Position numbers and translations under genes: made by a program. A DNA stretch of 49,380 bases. Source: a virus (taxonomy: Duplodnaviria; Caudoviricetes). The stretch spans positions 1 to 49,380 of IMG/VR virus record IMGVR_UViG_3300005405_000040; one strand, given 5' to 3'. The number at the start of each line of letters is the position of its first letter. Within the stretch, counting starts at the first letter, position 1. Of the stretch, positions 47,683-49,380 are shown one piece after another. Below the pieces are notes generated by a model. That model did not search any database, was not told where the DNA came from, and was given only the letters and a program-made list of their open reading frames with translations.

Positions 47683-47759
47683 CCTCAGCAAGTGAGCAGT
47701 TCGCTGCAAGCGAACGCAGTTCGCTGCAAGTGCAGCGAGCGAAAGCTCACACTCTTACG

Positions 47760-47772
47760 GGTTCTTTGACAT
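47760..47772 (+). promoter_or_regulatory. boxA-like antitermination element
   Basis: GGTTCTTTGACAT (cf. boxA TGCTCTTTAACA / GTTCTTTGAAAA), preceded by a hairpin leader. Confidence 0.6.
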
Positions 47773-47781
47773 ACTGCTTTT

Positions 47782-48105
47782 CAACTAGCATCTCGACTAC
47801 ACGCAACGCTTGTGCAGCAGAGCTGCACAATGCGTCTGAGAGAGCGTCAGAGCGTGTGTGAGAGCGAGTTCTTTCGCTCGACGTGCTGTAGCACGTCGCT
47901 AGAAAGCGATCGCTTGAGAGAGCGCTAAACAGCTCTCAAGCGCGATCTGAACTTCGCTCACTGAGTATGACGATAGTGTCTAGCAGACACGCTTCGCGTT
48001 TCTTGCGCGTAAACACCGCGCAGTAACGAAGCGCTCTTCGAGCGAAGCTCGAAAGAAGTCCGTTTCATTCTACTCATCCTCGTTGTCTAGTTCGCTAAAG
48101 CGAAC
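47782..48105 (+). ncRNA. large multi-branched structured non-coding element
   Basis: No ORF; nested stems AACTAG/CTAGTT, CACGC/GCGTG, GAGCGA/TCGCTC and TGAGTA/TACTCA enclose about 7 hairpins. Confidence 0.65.
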
Positions 48106-48159
48106 GGTCTGTTCGAAAATCGAACGAGCCTACTTGCGCGATGCGCAAAGGAGCGTTCG

Positions 48160-48327
48160 ATGAGAGGTACATTTAGACACCGAAGAAAGTTTACTGGTTG
48201 GGATTATCCGATCAATGATAGTGGTTGGTTTATTTACCGTTGTGTTTACAAAGACTCAAACCTTGAGATAGTAGTGTTTAGCTTGGCACTAAGGTATGAT
48301 TGGATATCCGTAGACTTTGATATTTAG
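48160..48327 (+). CDS. hypothetical protein (55 aa)
   Basis: Hand-translated; AAGGAG RBS; bracketed by palindromes 48106 and 48339. Confidence 0.5.
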   Translation: MRGTFRHRRKFTGWDYPINDSGWFIYRCVYKDSNLEIVVFSLALRYDWISVDFDI

Positions 48328-48447
48328 TATTCCAGACAGGCTCGTTTGATTCTTGAACAGACCGTTCGTTTCAAGCCAATCCAAGAAGCGCGTAGCGATG
48401 CTACGTAGCTGCATCGAAGCGCGCAAAGCGCGCAGAGGGAGAGTAGA

Positions 48448-48864
48448 ATGAAATCCATGAAGATCACAATTTCGACAAAGTTGGAGAACGGAACGAAGTG
48501 GGAATTGAAAGATTGCGAATATTCGATTCCTGAAACGCTTAAGGAATGGACCGAATACTTGGGGGAAGAAAAGATCATCCTCACGCTGGAAACCTATGAT
48601 GGGATTCGCCGGCAGGATGCCGGGCGACGCGCCAAAGTTGGCGGAAAAACTCTCGCCCCGCTTTCGGATTGGAAGATTCGGAAAGAAATCGTGCCCGGAT
48701 TCAAACTCTTCGAACGGACCCGCGTGAGCGCGGAGAAGCGAGATCCAAAAGAACAGATTCTCGCGCAAGAGCGGGAAAAAGCCCTCGCCGATGTGCGGGC
48801 AATGGCAGAGGCGTTGGGGATTTCGTTGGACGAAATCGTTGGAGCGGAGAAGAAGAAGAAATAG
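48448..48864 (+). CDS. small putative DNA-binding protein, paralog of 4609-5019, H-NS-like C-terminus
   Basis: Shared motifs with the 4609 ORF; EREKALADVRAMAEALGISLDEI. Confidence 0.7.
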   Translation: MKSMKITISTKLENGTKWELKDCEYSIPETLKEWTEYLGEEKIILTLETYDGIRRQDAGRRAKVGGKTLAPLSDWKIRKEIVPGFKLFERTRVSAEKRDPKEQILAQEREKALADVRAMAEALGISLDEIVGAEKKKK

Positions 48865-49136
48865 CCGTTCGCACATCGTGCGATCGCATCGCGGTGCGCG
48901 ACGAGGGTGGGTAGAATGAAGCGGACTTTTTTCGCGCTTTGCGCGAAAGCGGGCGCGTTTTGCGCGTGAAACGCGCAAAAGAGTATACAAGCGTACACTG
49001 TATGCGATGTATGTGTAAAGTGTATGTGTGTAGACTCTTTTTTCGCGCTTTGCGCGAAATGCTCGAAATGCGCTAAGTGTGCGTTTTTGCTCGCTTTCTT
49101 CGAAAGCGTATGTTTGTATGCAAAGTGTATGCAAAA

Positions 49137-49215
49137 TGTATACTGTATACTTGTAGACTACCCATGTGGGGGGGGCGCGAGCGTCGTGAACGGACCTGAC
49201 GGCGACGGCTACGCC
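49137..49215. repeat. Right copy of the imperfect inverted repeat
   Basis: Reverse-complement blocks matching 208-283. Confidence 0.9.
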
Positions 49216-49267
49216 GACGGGCGGGCGCAGGGTCGGACACGGCGGGCGGTTGGGTCTTTTTTTTTTC

Positions 49268-49326
<59 letters not shown>

Positions 49327-49380
49327 CCGTAATCAGGGCAAGGATCGTCGCCAGAACGAGCAGGCCAATATTGCGGATGA

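Larger units (their letters stand above)
676..48363. repeat. Dispersed 25-bp palindrome family GGYYYGTTYR-N5-YRAACRRRCC, 22 copies
   Basis: Copies start at 676, 2153, 3932, 4430, 6710, 7014, 8870, 10674, 15493, 18091, 19972, 23539, 23752, 32295, 32330, 35296, 42457, 45748, 46270, 47419, 48106, 48339. Confidence 0.95.

Noticed and set aside
676-48363. Palindrome family as CRISPR repeats, attC sites or SOS boxes
   Set aside because: Copies are not arrayed with spacers. The orientation GTT...AAC is opposite to attC (AAC...GTT) and there is no integron integrase. GTTC-N7-GAAC differs from the Gram-positive (GAAC-N4-GTTC) and alphaproteobacterial (GTTC-N7-GTTC) LexA boxes.
48289-49134. Long - strand ORF (281 aa), and similar antisense ORFs such as 12977-13702, 32570-33364 and 23580-24179
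   Set aside because: Shadow frames of better-supported genes or low-complexity DNA; no RBS or recognisable motifs

Overview
The window is a near-complete ~49 kb tailed dsDNA phage genome with podovirus-type organisation. The + strand arm (~444-19972) carries small early genes and then the replication, recombination and nucleotide-metabolism genes: ATP-dependent ligase, HIRAN, PD-(D/E)XK nuclease, Sak4-like ATPase, SSB-like protein, dCMP deaminase, a ParB-methyltransferase fusion, ThyX, a MazG-like protein, a UDG-fused PolA and a DUF3987 helicase-like protein. The converging - strand arm (~47252-20001) carries the lysis, terminase, portal, scaffold, capsid, tail and ejection genes. I recognised no integrase, primase, RNA polymerase or reverse transcriptase. 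The most unusual signals are non-coding: (1) 22 copies of a 25-bp palindrome GGYYYGTTYR-N5-YRAACRRRCC spread over the genome, including inside CDSs; (2) a sigma70 promoter followed by a boxA leader and a ~320-nt multi-branched structured element at 47654-48105; (3) three 166-256 nt tracts with no GG or CC dinucleotide; (4) a 180-nt class-II-tRNA-like RNA with large inserts; (5) imperfect inverted repeats at the two contig ends. Protein-level oddities include an orphan DGR-type variable region, a zinc-finger gene with an in-frame TGA, and a split tail-nozzle gene carrying Ig and propeller domains. All functional calls come from motifs read by eye; no database searches were run.
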